NCBI RefSeq assembly: GCF_035084215.1
Contig: NC_090326.1
Coordinates: forward strand, 48,050,001 to 48,114,000
Origin: Heptranchias perlo
Lineage: Eukaryota
Length of the DNA stretch: 64,000 nt
Direction of reading: 5' to 3'
Shown here: piece by piece, positions 63,864 through 64,000 of the stretch
How the letters are laid out: every line of letters starts with the position of its first letter
Numbering within the stretch: position 1 is the stretch's first letter
Program-made: the position numbers and the translations under genes
The notes under the pieces: model-generated
Databases searched by the model: none
What the model saw: only the letters and a program-made list of their open reading frames with translations
Told to the model about the DNA's origin: nothing

Positions 63864-64000
63864 TTGGCCCAGAATTTGCTGGGAAAATAATGGCGCGTTT
63901 AATGCGCAGGCCATTAGTGTGTAAATCGTCCAGTAATTTGTGACAAGGCCGAGATTGAGAACAGCCTCACTAAAACGCGCAGCTCATAGTCAACCTCTCA
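63864..64000. mobile_element. Third TIR-element copy, opposite orientation, cut by the window end
   Basis: Begins tggcccagaatttgctg; matches the reverse complement of 4210-4260 and 3205-3231. Confidence 0.7.

Overview
This window is vertebrate genomic DNA, not prokaryotic. The repeat content points to a shark or other elasmobranch (inference): CR1 LINEs, a SacSINE1/DeuSINE-type SINE, Penelope-like hammerhead repeats and L2. The whole 64 kb lies inside one minus-strand gene that I recognise from recalled human peptide motifs as ZCCHC2. I traced 11 GT-AG internal coding exons, probably exons 2-12, that join in one open frame with matching intron phases. The first exon and the last (zinc-knuckle) exons fall outside the window. 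The introns are more than half retroelement. They hold a ~15.6-kb, four-level nest of LINEs (16540-32170), a second nest (57140-62105), four copies of a second CR1/L2-group LINE that all sit inside CR1s, a TIR/MITE family, and fossil DIRS, RTE and L1 fragments. The most striking structure is a perfect 78-bp-arm palindrome (36316-36472) with a minimal hammerhead-ribozyme motif on each strand, apparently Penelope-derived. I found no convincing novel multi-gene system. Repeat boundaries are by eye, and family names are from memory and need RepeatMasker/BLAST confirmation.
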